From: a virus
Lineage: Duplodnaviria > Caudoviricetes
Strand: one strand, 5' to 3'
Virus record (IMG/VR): IMGVR_UViG_3300033407_000006
Coordinates: 1-64,000 of that record
DNA length: 64,000 nt
How positions within the stretch are numbered: position 1 is the first letter of the stretch; every line of letters begins with the position of its first letter. The notes under the pieces are model-generated. The model saw nothing but the letters and a program-made list of their open reading frames with translations, did no database searches and was not told where the DNA came from. The translations under genes and the position numbers were made by a program. Shown in pieces: positions 39,772-48,437 of the stretch.

Positions 39772-42207
39772 TTATTGGATAGTCACGCCACCTCGATCGA
39801 GGCGGATGCAGGCGTCGGCAGCTTCGATCAGCTCCGGGGTCTGCGTGATGAAAAACTCCCGGCTGTGCGTCCCGATTTCCTGCGCCCGGCGCTTGATGGC
39901 GATGAATTCGACCTTGCGATCCGCGTCAAGAGCGCCGTCTTTTTCGTCGGTGAACAGCGTCTCGAATGGGCGGCTTGTGCGGCTCAGGGAAACCAGAGCA
40001 AAGGCCCTGGTGATAGCGTCTTCAATAATGGTCACTTCCCCGCCGGACATATCCCGGATGCTCTTCTCTTCGTTGCGCTCCCCATCGTAAACGGTGATGT
40101 CGAAAGTCTCCTTCAGGCCACCGTCAACTTTCTCCTTCTGGGTCTCCAGCCGCACCGAGAACCGGGGGCCGTAGCAGGACCGAAGCAGGTCGTTTGTGAG
40201 GCTGGAGATCATCGGCCCGGAATCGTCGATTTCGAGCTGGATGATTCCGTCGTTGCTGCATGCCTTCGCCAGCACTTTCCAGCCGGTCATTTCGTCGTTC
40301 AGTCGCTCAATTTCTTCCGCGATGATCTGGGCCTTCTCCCGCTTCTCCTTCAGCGCTTCAATGCGGCCACGAATGGAGCCGAGGCGTTCCGAAGCCGCTT
40401 TCAGCTCGGCCTCTTTCCCGTCGAGGGCGATGGTGCGGAAGCGGCGCTTTTCCTTGAGTTCGGCCAGGGTCTTTTCCATGTCGCCGCTCAGGGTCGCTTC
40501 GAGCTGGGAGATCTCCACCTTCAGTTCAGCGATGACCGCTTCCGCCGCAGCCAGGAGCTTGACGGCCTCGCGTTCCACGATCTCCTTTTCATTTTCGGAT
40601 TGTCTCGACTCGGCCAAGAACTCGGTTTCCGCTTTGGAGTAGCGATCCTTTGCCCCGTCAAGATCCGCCTGAATCTCAGCGATGCGCATTGAGGCGCTTT
40701 CCAACTCGGGCAGCTTCGCCGCCAGGGCTTTGAGCCGGTTCGCCCTGCTGGTTGTCTCTTCGAGAGTTTGCCGCAGCTTTGCCCCGTGGGCTTCCAGCCG
40801 CCGCAGCTCTTCGGTGAGCGAGGGCAGCTCTTCGAGCTTCAGGGCATGGCCGCTGATTCGCTCCTGAATGACGGGAATCAGCCCCTTGGCCTCCACGGCG
40901 TCCTTGAGCAGGGGGCATGCCTCGTTGACCCATGAACTGCCGTCAGCGCGGCAATCCAGCGCACCCAGCGCGGACACGCGACGTTGCAGCGAGGCGAGTT
41001 CGACCTGCGCCGTCTCCATGGCAGCCTTGATGCCGCTCAGGGCCGTCACCTTCTCCCGTGCCTCCGAATAGGCGCTACGGGTCGCCTCAAGCTCGGCCTG
41101 CGTCGTCTGGATATCGGACTCGCACTTTGCGAGGGCCTGCGCCGCGCTGCGGATGTCCTCGCACATGGCAACGATGGCGTCCAGTGTCTTGGCGCGAGCC
41201 TCCAAGGTAGTGACCGTGTTTTCGAGTTCGGCCTTGGCCGACGTGTACTTCCGACTCAGCGCTTCCGCTTTGGCCGCATACTCCCGCCGCTTCTTTTCGA
41301 GCTGACCGTTCAGGGCGGCGGCGTTGTCCTTTGCCTTGTCCAGCGCCCGGCGCTTATCGTCAAGGCGATTCCTGGAGACGGCTTCGGCGGCGTTGGTAAG
41401 CTCCACGTCGCGGATCTGGCTGTCCATTGCCGCAACCGCGTCGCGCAGGGCCGCGATGTCGGATGCTCCGACTTCCAAGGCCGCAACAGCTTCGGCTTCC
41501 TGCTGGGTGAGTCTGTCGAAAATGGACGTCTCGGCTTCGATGGCGTTCAAGTCCCGTGTCCGGCTGACTACCTGATCGGCGAGGTGGTTCACGACGCCCT
41601 GGGCCTTTTCGCCCTGCTGCCGGATGTGATCCAGATCGAGCAGCTCGGTGACGATGCCGAGGATTTCAGAGCGGGGGTAGCTGGAGAGCTTGCGGGCCTC
41701 CTGGGCCCTGAAAACGCTGGTGAAGAACAGCGACGGAGAGCCCACCAGCTCTTCGATGGCGGCGTCATAATCGCGGGTCTTGCCGTCCTTGACCGATTCG
41801 TTGTAGGGAACCCAAGCGGACTGGTTGGGGTTGTTCCACTGAAGGCCGGATTCGTCCCGGAACAGGTAGCACTCCTGCTTGCGCTTCTCTGCGTCGATCA
41901 GCAGCAGGGAACGATAGACGCAGCCGCCCACCTCGAAAATCAGTTCCTTCATGGCGTCGCGGCCATAGCACTGATCGTAGTAGCTGAAGGCGTTCGGGCT
42001 CCAGTCTTTGCTTTCCCGCAACTTGTAGGGCATCAGACGGTAAGGGTGCAGGTTGTCGGTGATGGTCGTCTTGCCGCTGCCGTTGCTCCCGCAGATGGCA
42101 ATCAGCCCTTTGGCCGGAAGCGTTGTCAGGTCCAGGACGAGTTCTTCCAGCCCCATCCCTGCGCGGATACCCTTGAATCCTCGAAGCGTCAATTTAATCG
42201 GTTTCAT
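39772..42207 (-). CDS. sbcC: SbcC/Rad50-like ATPase
   Basis: Walker A GSNGSGKT, long coiled coil, 'MSGGE', 'LFTDEKDGALD'. Confidence 0.92.
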   Translation of the reverse strand: MKPIKLTLRGFKGIRAGMGLEELVLDLTTLPAKGLIAICGSNGSGKTTITDNLHPYRLMPYKLRESKDWSPNAFSYYDQCYGRDAMKELIFEVGGCVYRSLLLIDAEKRKQECYLFRDESGLQWNNPNQSAWVPYNESVKDGKTRDYDAAIEELVGSPSLFFTSVFRAQEARKLSSYPRSEILGIVTELLDLDHIRQQGEKAQGVVNHLADQVVSRTRDLNAIEAETSIFDRLTQQEAEAVAALEVGASDIAALRDAVAAMDSQIRDVELTNAAEAVSRNRLDDKRRALDKAKDNAAALNGQLEKKRREYAAKAEALSRKYTSAKAELENTVTTLEARAKTLDAIVAMCEDIRSAAQALAKCESDIQTTQAELEATRSAYSEAREKVTALSGIKAAMETAQVELASLQRRVSALGALDCRADGSSWVNEACPLLKDAVEAKGLIPVIQERISGHALKLEELPSLTEELRRLEAHGAKLRQTLEETTSRANRLKALAAKLPELESASMRIAEIQADLDGAKDRYSKAETEFLAESRQSENEKEIVEREAVKLLAAAEAVIAELKVEISQLEATLSGDMEKTLAELKEKRRFRTIALDGKEAELKAASERLGSIRGRIEALKEKREKAQIIAEEIERLNDEMTGWKVLAKACSNDGIIQLEIDDSGPMISSLTNDLLRSCYGPRFSVRLETQKEKVDGGLKETFDITVYDGERNEEKSIRDMSGGEVTIIEDAITRAFALVSLSRTSRPFETLFTDEKDGALDADRKVEFIAIKRRAQEIGTHSREFFITQTPELIEAADACIRLDRGGVTIQ

Positions 42208-43415
42208 ACCTTCCCTCCCCTGGTCATCTCAATCAGCTCTGCGTGTTCGCGGCCCTCAATCACTTCGGCGATCTCCAGCGTTGCCGCCGGGATCTCAATC
42301 GCGTTTGCCTCGCCCCATCGCCGGACCTTCTCGGGCAAAGAAGACATCTGCGATATCCCCGCCGCCCGTTGCCGGGTCACGGGAATGATGGTCATTTCGA
42401 TTTTCACACTGCGGGCTCCGGCCTGAAGCAATTTCGCCTCGAAAGCCTCGCGGTCAACCTTATGGCGCTCTTCGTCGGGGATGCTGTACCGCACCCGAAC
42501 CGTTGCGTTGTCCACGCCGTCCATGATGGCCTCAGCGACGGCTATTTCGATACGCTCCCAGGCGTCTTCAATGGTCAGCAGGCGGCGGGCCGGGGTTTTG
42601 TGGAAAGTGGAAGCCTTTACTTCGCCGATCTCATGCAGGAAAAAGCCTTTCTCTTCCGCCTCGCCGAAATTCAACCGCCCAGGGCTGCCGCTGTAATGGA
42701 TGTTGCCGGGGAAGGATTGCATCTTGTGAACGTGGCCGAAGCAGGAAACGTCACAATGCGCGGCCTGAATATCGGACACCGAAAACTCGAAATCCTCCCC
42801 GGTCGCGGTCACGCCGCCGTAGGCCGCGCCCGTGATCATTCCGTGGGCAACAAGAACCGTCGGGCGGTTGGTGACGGCATTGGCCGCTCCGAACGCCGCC
42901 AGCACGTCGCCGATAGCTTCCCGCGCCAGCATGGATGTCACCTTGCGGGACTCGCCGCCGAACTGTGCGATCAGATTCGCTTTGTCGGGGCTGGGGATGC
43001 AGGTGAAGACCGCAGCGGGGGCGATAGAGATGGTTCCGGGCTCCACGAACTCCGCGCCGCCGACGTGCTGATGCAGTTCGACCTGCTCGATCTCTGTTGC
43101 GACGTGGATGGGAAACTTCGAGCGCAGCGCCCGGAAGATGTACGGAGCTTCCCGGTCGTGGCTGCGGGTGCCGCGCACGATGAGGACCGGGCAGATATCG
43201 GCCAGCGCGGACACGAACCGGATCGCGGCCCTGGCGGCGTCCGAATCCAGCCGGATCGGGCCGTCGTGTTCGTCTACGGTATCCCCGGCCAGAACGGAGA
43301 CATCCGGTTCCAGATTCGCGGCCTGCTTCAGAATGTAATTTGTGACGGTGATGGTCTCTGCCAGTTTCTCGGGCTTATTCGAGAAGTGCAGATCGGCGGT
43401 GTGCAGGATTTTCAT
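42204..43415 (-). CDS. sbcD: SbcD/Mre11-like nuclease
   Basis: 'HTADLH', 'AGDT', 'GTRSHD', 'GHVH', 'YSGS'. Confidence 0.92.
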   Translation of the reverse strand: MKILHTADLHFSNKPEKLAETITVTNYILKQAANLEPDVSVLAGDTVDEHDGPIRLDSDAARAAIRFVSALADICPVLIVRGTRSHDREAPYIFRALRSKFPIHVATEIEQVELHQHVGGAEFVEPGTISIAPAAVFTCIPSPDKANLIAQFGGESRKVTSMLAREAIGDVLAAFGAANAVTNRPTVLVAHGMITGAAYGGVTATGEDFEFSVSDIQAAHCDVSCFGHVHKMQSFPGNIHYSGSPGRLNFGEAEEKGFFLHEIGEVKASTFHKTPARRLLTIEDAWERIEIAVAEAIMDGVDNATVRVRYSIPDEERHKVDREAFEAKLLQAGARSVKIEMTIIPVTRQRAAGISQMSSLPEKVRRWGEANAIEIPAATLEIAEVIEGREHAELIEMTRGGKV

Positions 43416-43600
43416 TTTCCCTCCAAAATATCGGTTACAGGAACCAGATCAAGGGCCGGGGGCAACTCGACAAGTTTAATTCCCCCGCCGCAAGCGGCGG
43501 CGATCATAGCTACCAGCGCGTTTATACTGACAGTGCCAGTATCGACAAGGTAATTCTTGCCTTCGCTTGTCATGTAGATGGTGACATTCTCGACGTTCAT
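43412..43600 (-). CDS. Small hypothetical protein
   Basis: 62 aa, in operon. Confidence 0.55.
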   Translation of the reverse strand: MNVENVTIYMTSEGKNYLVDTGTVSINALVAMIAAACGGGIKLVELPPALDLVPVTDILEGK

Positions 43601-43609
43601 TCCCTCCCC

Positions 43610-44839
43610 CTATTCCGTCACGCCGAACTCTTCGGCTCTCGCTTTGACTGCTGCCCCGAAACCCTCGGGGTTTGTGCGCACTTCCTCGCGGATCTTGTTC
43701 GCCAGCGCCCTGAGTTGGTCCAGGGGAAGATCCGAGACGGAAACGCCGTCGGTTTCGTCCAGCGCCGCCCATGCGACGAGCTGCTGATAGCTGACACCGA
43801 TATGCTTTGCAGCTCCGGTCATGTAGCTGTGAATTCTGGCCCTTGCCTCTTCTTCCGTGGGCCCTGTGTCAGAAAGGCGTTCCTTTGGTGCAGGCTCGGC
43901 TTCCTTGACGGCGGGCTTCGCGTTGAAGACCTTGGCGGCTTTCTGCCCTCGCTCGGCGCGGCCTTCGGCGTACCGGGCCAGCTCCATGGCATCGATGGAC
44001 AGCTCCAACAGCGGAATCCACTGAGTCTGTTTTTTCCCCTCGGGCGTCGTGACCTCTTCGGGGCTCTTGACGATCTCCAGGTATGATTCGCCGCCAAGCA
44101 GCCCGTCGAACCGCCCGAGAATGGACCGGATGCGGCGCAGCAACGCCACGCTGTAGCTGAAGCCGTACCAGCTCTTCGAGGGGATCATGATTTCGTCCAG
44201 GCCTCGCAGCCCGGCGACGTGGAAACGGTAGATGCCGCCGAACTGCATGACGCGGCCCGTGGGGTCCACCGGCTTTTCAGGGTTGAGCGGCGCAACCTTC
44301 CAATCGTCCTTGGTCGCACGTCCCTTGTGGCCCTTGGGCAGGTAGCGCACCATGAGCTTCGATCCCTCGTAGAAACTCGCGGCTTGAACGCTGCCGCTGC
44401 CGTCGAAGGCCTTGAATCCGTGATGCAGGGCCTTTTCCAGCTCCCCGACGGACAACCAGACGGGAATGCGCCGAACATGCCCGTCCGGGTCGGCATAGTT
44501 TCCCCGAATGAACTGAGCATCGGCGGGCCGCGTGAAATCGCAATCCCGAATCACGAAATGATCCGCGTTCTTCGGGTAAAGCTTCGATGTCCGCGTCTTG
44601 GGCGCTCCCCCCAGGGCCCGGTCGATCTCGTCGTAGGGCATGCCCTGGGCTTCCAGTTCCTTGAACTTGGCGAGTTCCTGGGTACTGAGGCCCTGCTTCG
44701 GCACCTTGACGCCCGTGCGGATGATCCCCCCGCAACGAACGCGGTCCTTGTGGCCCAGGAGAAGCGCGACTTCCTCTTCATCGCCTCCTTCGATGGCGTA
44801 TGCCATGGCCGTGTTGTGGTCCAAATTTTCTTCCATCAT
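43610..44839 (-). CDS. Recombination-associated protein (Gp3-like/annealing family, tentative)
   Basis: 'GGIIRTGVK...PKNADHFV'; upstream of sbcDC. Confidence 0.5.
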   Translation of the reverse strand: MMEENLDHNTAMAYAIEGGDEEEVALLLGHKDRVRCGGIIRTGVKVPKQGLSTQELAKFKELEAQGMPYDEIDRALGGAPKTRTSKLYPKNADHFVIRDCDFTRPADAQFIRGNYADPDGHVRRIPVWLSVGELEKALHHGFKAFDGSGSVQAASFYEGSKLMVRYLPKGHKGRATKDDWKVAPLNPEKPVDPTGRVMQFGGIYRFHVAGLRGLDEIMIPSKSWYGFSYSVALLRRIRSILGRFDGLLGGESYLEIVKSPEEVTTPEGKKQTQWIPLLELSIDAMELARYAEGRAERGQKAAKVFNAKPAVKEAEPAPKERLSDTGPTEEEARARIHSYMTGAAKHIGVSYQQLVAWAALDETDGVSVSDLPLDQLRALANKIREEVRTNPEGFGAAVKARAEEFGVTE

Positions 44840-44859
44840 TCCCTCCCGTTTCTGCCCCT

Positions 44860-45060
44860 TCAGGGCTTCTTTGCCCGGCGGCGCTCCGCCGTTCTTTTTT
44901 TGATTCGCTCCGCATTCGCGGCCACCGGGTCCGCTGAACCCAAGATGCTTACCATGGCTATTCCGCCCGCCGGTTCCGGCTGGGCCTTCTCTGCGCGTAA
45001 GAGACCCACCTCACGACGTAAGGCCCTCAGCTCCGACAAAATGACATCAGCTTTTTCCAT
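44860..45060 (-). CDS. Small hypothetical protein
   Basis: 66 aa. Confidence 0.55.
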   Translation of the reverse strand: MEKADVILSELRALRREVGLLRAEKAQPEPAGGIAMVSILGSADPVAANAERIKKRTAERRRAKKP

Positions 45061-45202
45061 GCACCGGCCCCATGGAGATTTCGCCGCGCTTTTCCGCCTC
45101 GGATACCGGCAAACCGTCCGCCCAGCGGCCCACGCAAAAGCTGAAACTCAGGATGAACACCAAGATAGAAACCCCGTAACAAAATACGGCAACGATTTTC
45201 AT
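45047..45202 (-). CDS. Small membrane protein (51 aa)
   Basis: MKIVAVFCYGVSILVFILSFSF TM segment; overlaps the cro stop. Confidence 0.5.
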   Translation of the reverse strand: MKIVAVFCYGVSILVFILSFSFCVGRWADGLPVSEAEKRGEISMGPVHGKS

Positions 45203-45390
45203 AGCAATCCATCCTCCCTGAGCTTTGCGAGCACCTGCTCGGTTGTTGTTCCCTTGCGGACTCCGCTGATCGCAGCGTAAACCGAGGACCGTTTGAACCC
45301 GTTCTTCTCGGCCCAGACAGGGACCGTGAGCCCCTTGGCCGTCATTTTTGCGCGGACCCTTTGAGAGACATTTCTTTTTTGCGTTGACAT
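45199..45390 (-). CDS. Cro/Ner-like DNA-binding protein
   Basis: 'GLTVPVWAEKNGFKRSSVYAAISG'; divergent from the repressor. Confidence 0.75.
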   Translation of the reverse strand: MSTQKRNVSQRVRAKMTAKGLTVPVWAEKNGFKRSSVYAAISGVRKGTTTEQVLAKLREDGLL

Positions 45391-45409
45391 GCTATTTCCT
45401 TTCTGTAGT

Positions 45410-45484
45410 GTGGACGAAGTTCACGCTGTTCCGTGTATTTCGTCCACGGGTAAGGAATATTCCACAGCGTAAAAACATTGTCAA
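45410..45484. promoter_or_regulatory. Immunity switch: two 15-bp operators and a leftward promoter
   Basis: GTGGACGAAGTTCAC (45410) and GTGTATTTCGTCCAC (45433), inverted relative to each other; TTGACA-17-AATATT on the minus strand. Confidence 0.6.
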
Positions 45485-45497
45485 CGGAGATTTTACG

Positions 45498-45833
45498 ATG
45501 TCGGATGTTTTGGCCGTTATCGACCGGATGAAGCGAGCCCTTGGCGTTGATACGGACTCGCAAATGCTCGAAACCCTTAAACTTTCTTCCGGGGCTGCGG
45601 CTCAGTGGAAAAAGAGGGGGAAAGTCCCGAGGCCTTACGTCCAGCTCGTCAGCGAGCGCACAGGCTACCGAGAGCAATGGATCGAAACAGGTAGCGGCGA
45701 GGTCCGGTTTGAGCGCAAAAAAAGGGCGCTGGATTCGCTGCCGAAGGGGCGGGCCACCAACGCTTGCGCCATGATGTTTAAAAGGTTTAAGGGCCGGACG
45801 AAAAGCCTAAGACGAAACACGGATTACCACTAA
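45498..45833 (+). CDS. cI: CI-like repressor (HTH domain only)
   Basis: 'IDRMKRALGV.TD....L..S...QWKKRGKVP...WIETGSG' Phage_CI_repr pattern; no S24 peptidase domain. Confidence 0.75.
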   Translation: MSDVLAVIDRMKRALGVDTDSQMLETLKLSSGAAAQWKKRGKVPRPYVQLVSERTGYREQWIETGSGEVRFERKKRALDSLPKGRATNACAMMFKRFKGRTKSLRRNTDYH

Positions 45834-45892
45834 GGTAAGAGTCGCAAGACATTAACCATTGATTCGTAAGTGAAAATCAGCTCGATTCGTTT

Positions 45893-45938
45893 ACTGAAAA
45901 TCCTCGTGTCGGCGGTTCGATTCCGTCTCTGGGCACCA
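45893..45938 (+). tRNA. 3' fragment of tRNA-Phe(GAA), anticodon loop to CCA (att core, not a full tRNA)
   Basis: ACTGAAAATCCTCGTGTCGGCGGTTCGATTCCGTCTCTGGGCACCA; D-arm and 5' acceptor strand absent. Confidence 0.85.
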
Positions 45939-45943
45939 AAAAC

Positions 45944-45978
45944 AAAGGGATTCCGGCCGCTTGTCGGAATCCCTTTTT
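45944..45978. terminator. Intrinsic terminator after the att core
   Basis: AAAGGGATTCCG-9-CGGAATCCCTTTTT. Confidence 0.85.
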
Positions 45979-46015
45979 CTTCGCCCTCGCCTATGGCTTA
46001 CCACGGCTTACCACT

Positions 46016-46549
46016 TCAGCCGATGCGCTGATACAGGTCGATTACCGGCTGATCCGCCGTCACCAACTGGTTCGGAAAGGCCTTGCTCGAAAGCGTGTAG
46101 CAGCCGCCGCGCACCACGTCGAACGTGGCGACTCCGCCAGCGTCCGTCGTCACCTCGAATTTGCCGGGATGCAGCACGGACGCCGCCGCCAGGGTCGGAT
46201 GGTCCTGGAGCGTCACGGCGATCTTGACCCCGGCAGCCGGGGCACCGCTGATGTGCCGCACCGTGACGGTCAAGGTCGAAAGATCCGGGTCCGCCGGGGC
46301 TGGAACGATCCCCCTCGAATCTCCTTCGACCTCCACGGCACCGACGACGCGCACGAACGACAGCCAGGAGTATTGAGCCGGGTCGGCGGCGGCTTCGGCG
46401 AGGATTTTTTTTCCCGCGCCGTCATCTGGCAGGGCATCAACGTCGGTGTCCGTGCCGACAATAGATCGTGCGCCGTCCGCCGTGGCGCTTTGCCGCAGCC
46501 GGACGAACAGCCCGGCCTCTGCCGGGGGAGTGAATTTGAACGTGAGCAT
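46016..46549 (-). CDS. Virion-associated protein with Ig/prealbumin-like C-terminal domain
   Basis: 'GAPAAGVKIAVT...TTDAGGVATFDV'. Confidence 0.55.
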   Translation of the reverse strand: MLTFKFTPPAEAGLFVRLRQSATADGARSIVGTDTDVDALPDDGAGKKILAEAAADPAQYSWLSFVRVVGAVEVEGDSRGIVPAPADPDLSTLTVTVRHISGAPAAGVKIAVTLQDHPTLAAASVLHPGKFEVTTDAGGVATFDVVRGGCYTLSSKAFPNQLVTADQPVIDLYQRIG

Positions 46550-46558
46550 TTGCAGCCC

Positions 46559-46741
46559 CTATCCGTATACGAGGTTTTCAACGGGCGGAACGGTCAGAAT
46601 CTCAAGCCCCTGGGGCGTCTCCGGCGATGCTTGTGCGGACCCCGAGAGCGTTCCGGTCAACTCATCAAAGTCGCCATAGACGACGCCGGACTGAACGGCG
46701 CTTTCCTGCGGATAATTGCCCACAAAGCCGACGGAAAACAT
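46559..46741 (-). CDS. Small hypothetical protein
   Basis: 60 aa, 'YP..SAVQSGVVYG'. Confidence 0.45.
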   Translation of the reverse strand: MFSVGFVGNYPQESAVQSGVVYGDFDELTGTLSGSAQASPETPQGLEILTVPPVENLVYG

Positions 46742-47187
46742 TATTCGACGTTCCTCTTCAGGTGCGGCGACAGCAGCAGGTCGCGGGGCGTGATCCGGCT
46801 CAGGCTACCAAAATTGAGCAGCCCAGGTAAAGCATGCGCAGCCAGCTCCGAACAGACCCAAGCCGAAGGATCTTGCCAGTGCCGATGGAAAAACAGAAAC
46901 CCGCCAATCCAGCGGACATCGTAGGGGCGTCCGATCTGCCGATTCGCCCTTTTAAATGCTTCTTCGCGCTGCTGTTCGGGTAAATCGATCCGATACCGCT
47001 CCACCCTTGTTCCGGGCGAAAACGTCCGGTCAAACCGGCGGACCACGCCATAGGGCCAAAGGGATTCGATCATGCTCCCGTCTGAGAGTTCAAGCAAAAC
47101 ATGGGATGACCAATGGATCGTTGCGAGCCTGATTGCCACGGCTCCGATCTCGCGGCTTCCGATGAAAATCAAGTTCTCGACTCTCAT
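46741..47187 (-). CDS. Permuted papain-like (YiiX/NlpC-P60) amidase-type protein
   Basis: 'WSSHV', 'GRPYD', 'WVCSELAA'. Confidence 0.7.
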   Translation of the reverse strand: MRVENLIFIGSREIGAVAIRLATIHWSSHVLLELSDGSMIESLWPYGVVRRFDRTFSPGTRVERYRIDLPEQQREEAFKRANRQIGRPYDVRWIGGFLFFHRHWQDPSAWVCSELAAHALPGLLNFGSLSRITPRDLLLSPHLKRNVE

Positions 47188-47828
47188 GGTCTCAGTGCCT
47201 CCAGTGCGGCAAGCGCCGTTTCCCTGGCAGTATCCATGTCGGCCTTGTCCTGCGCGGCTGCAACGGCGATTTTGCCGCTTCTGCGGTACAGTTCGATCTG
47301 CGCTGCAAGCTGAACCCATTGATCCCTCTGGGCAAGAATGATGTCACAAGCTACTTGGCCTGTAACGCCTTGGGTAGTAGCCTCTGCGTTCACCATAGGG
47401 TAGCTGGCAATTTCCGCTTCAGGATACCCTGTGGACTTGAAAGCCTCGCACTGGGCTTCCTTGATTTGGTAGGTTACTTCCTGCCCCGGAGACACGGTAA
47501 TATATATACTACGAATCTCACCTGCTTTAGCATCAATCTCTTGAGAGGCTGCTGCTTTGAGCGTTAGAAGCTCTTCTGGTGTAGGCTCCGGTATGAGCAC
47601 CGCAGGCACTCTCAGGATATGGCCCTCGACGATACCGTCCTCGATGCTGCCCCGCTGCTCACCTGCTGCCGGGGTGTCGTGCTGCACCTCGTAGATGCGG
47701 CGCTCGATGAGTCCGGCAGGGGTGAGGCGTCCGGGCTGTGTGCCCCAGGCTTGAGTCGTGGTGGAGCATCTTTTGGTTTCGATGTTGGTCGTTGCCGGAT
47801 AGCCCGGCAGGTATGCGTAGGTTTTCAT
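47184..47828 (-). CDS. Tail fibre assembly-like protein
   Basis: 'EIDAKAGEIRSIYIT..PGQEVTYQIKE' chaperone pattern. Confidence 0.65.
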   Translation of the reverse strand: MKTYAYLPGYPATTNIETKRCSTTTQAWGTQPGRLTPAGLIERRIYEVQHDTPAAGEQRGSIEDGIVEGHILRVPAVLIPEPTPEELLTLKAAASQEIDAKAGEIRSIYITVSPGQEVTYQIKEAQCEAFKSTGYPEAEIASYPMVNAEATTQGVTGQVACDIILAQRDQWVQLAAQIELYRRSGKIAVAAAQDKADMDTARETALAALEALRP

Positions 47829-47831
47829 TTA

Positions 47832-48437
47832 CTATACCGCTCCTTTCGGCCACCCTGGAATAAACCCCTCAATTGGGTACTTTAGGGGGGTTGCTCCTGC
47901 ATTCACTCTCAGCCCCAACCCACCCAAGTAAAGCGAGATAGCCGGGCTGAAGTATCTATTCGTCATAGTAGTCCAAGTTTCAGTGAACGACAATGTTCCG
48001 TTTATGTAGGCATGGTATGCAATAGCGGCCAAGTCTATACCTATTGTCAGGGTATCCCCAACCTGTGCAATTGGCCTATTTCTATATTGTGCACCGTTAT
48101 AATAAAATCTACCTGCGTGTACCATCCACGACCCGTTAGGGTATTTCCTTTGGTGATCATCGTAGTTACCAAAAAAGACGCCATACTCCCCTACTCCCAC
48201 CATGCAAGCATTAGTGTCTAGCAGCTCAACCTCGAAAATCATTTTTCCGGGGTTATTTTGTGGTGTGTATATGTCATCTGCAAACGCAGTTGCCCACCCA
48301 TCCGGAGCGAGCTTTGTCAGCATTAAACCGCTTTCTGATACCGTGATATTTGGGCTTTTTATTGTCGTAAAGACAGTACCATCTATACCTTGTGCCACCT
48401 GCGGCCTATGCACCCGTCTCAATCCACAAGCCTTCAT
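47832..48437 (-). CDS. SPRY/B30.2-like (ConA-fold) protein, AT-rich
   Basis: 'IFEVE...MVGV...GDTLTIGIDL...YING...SPAISL'; ATGA overlap with the fibre gene. Confidence 0.65.
   Translation of the reverse strand: MKACGLRRVHRPQVAQGIDGTVFTTIKSPNITVSESGLMLTKLAPDGWATAFADDIYTPQNNPGKMIFEVELLDTNACMVGVGEYGVFFGNYDDHQRKYPNGSWMVHAGRFYYNGAQYRNRPIAQVGDTLTIGIDLAAIAYHAYINGTLSFTETWTTMTNRYFSPAISLYLGGLGLRVNAGATPLKYPIEGFIPGWPKGAV

Larger units (their letters stand above)
45821..46014 (+). other. attP-like site for a tyrosine integrase targeting tRNA-Phe
   Basis: Arm repeats GG(A/C)TTACCAC at 45821, 45995, 46005; IHF-like site 45852-45864; core 45893-45938. Confidence 0.8.

Noticed and set aside
45870-45938. Full-length phage tRNA-Phe
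   Set aside because: The 5' acceptor strand and D-arm are missing; only the anticodon-to-CCA portion is present
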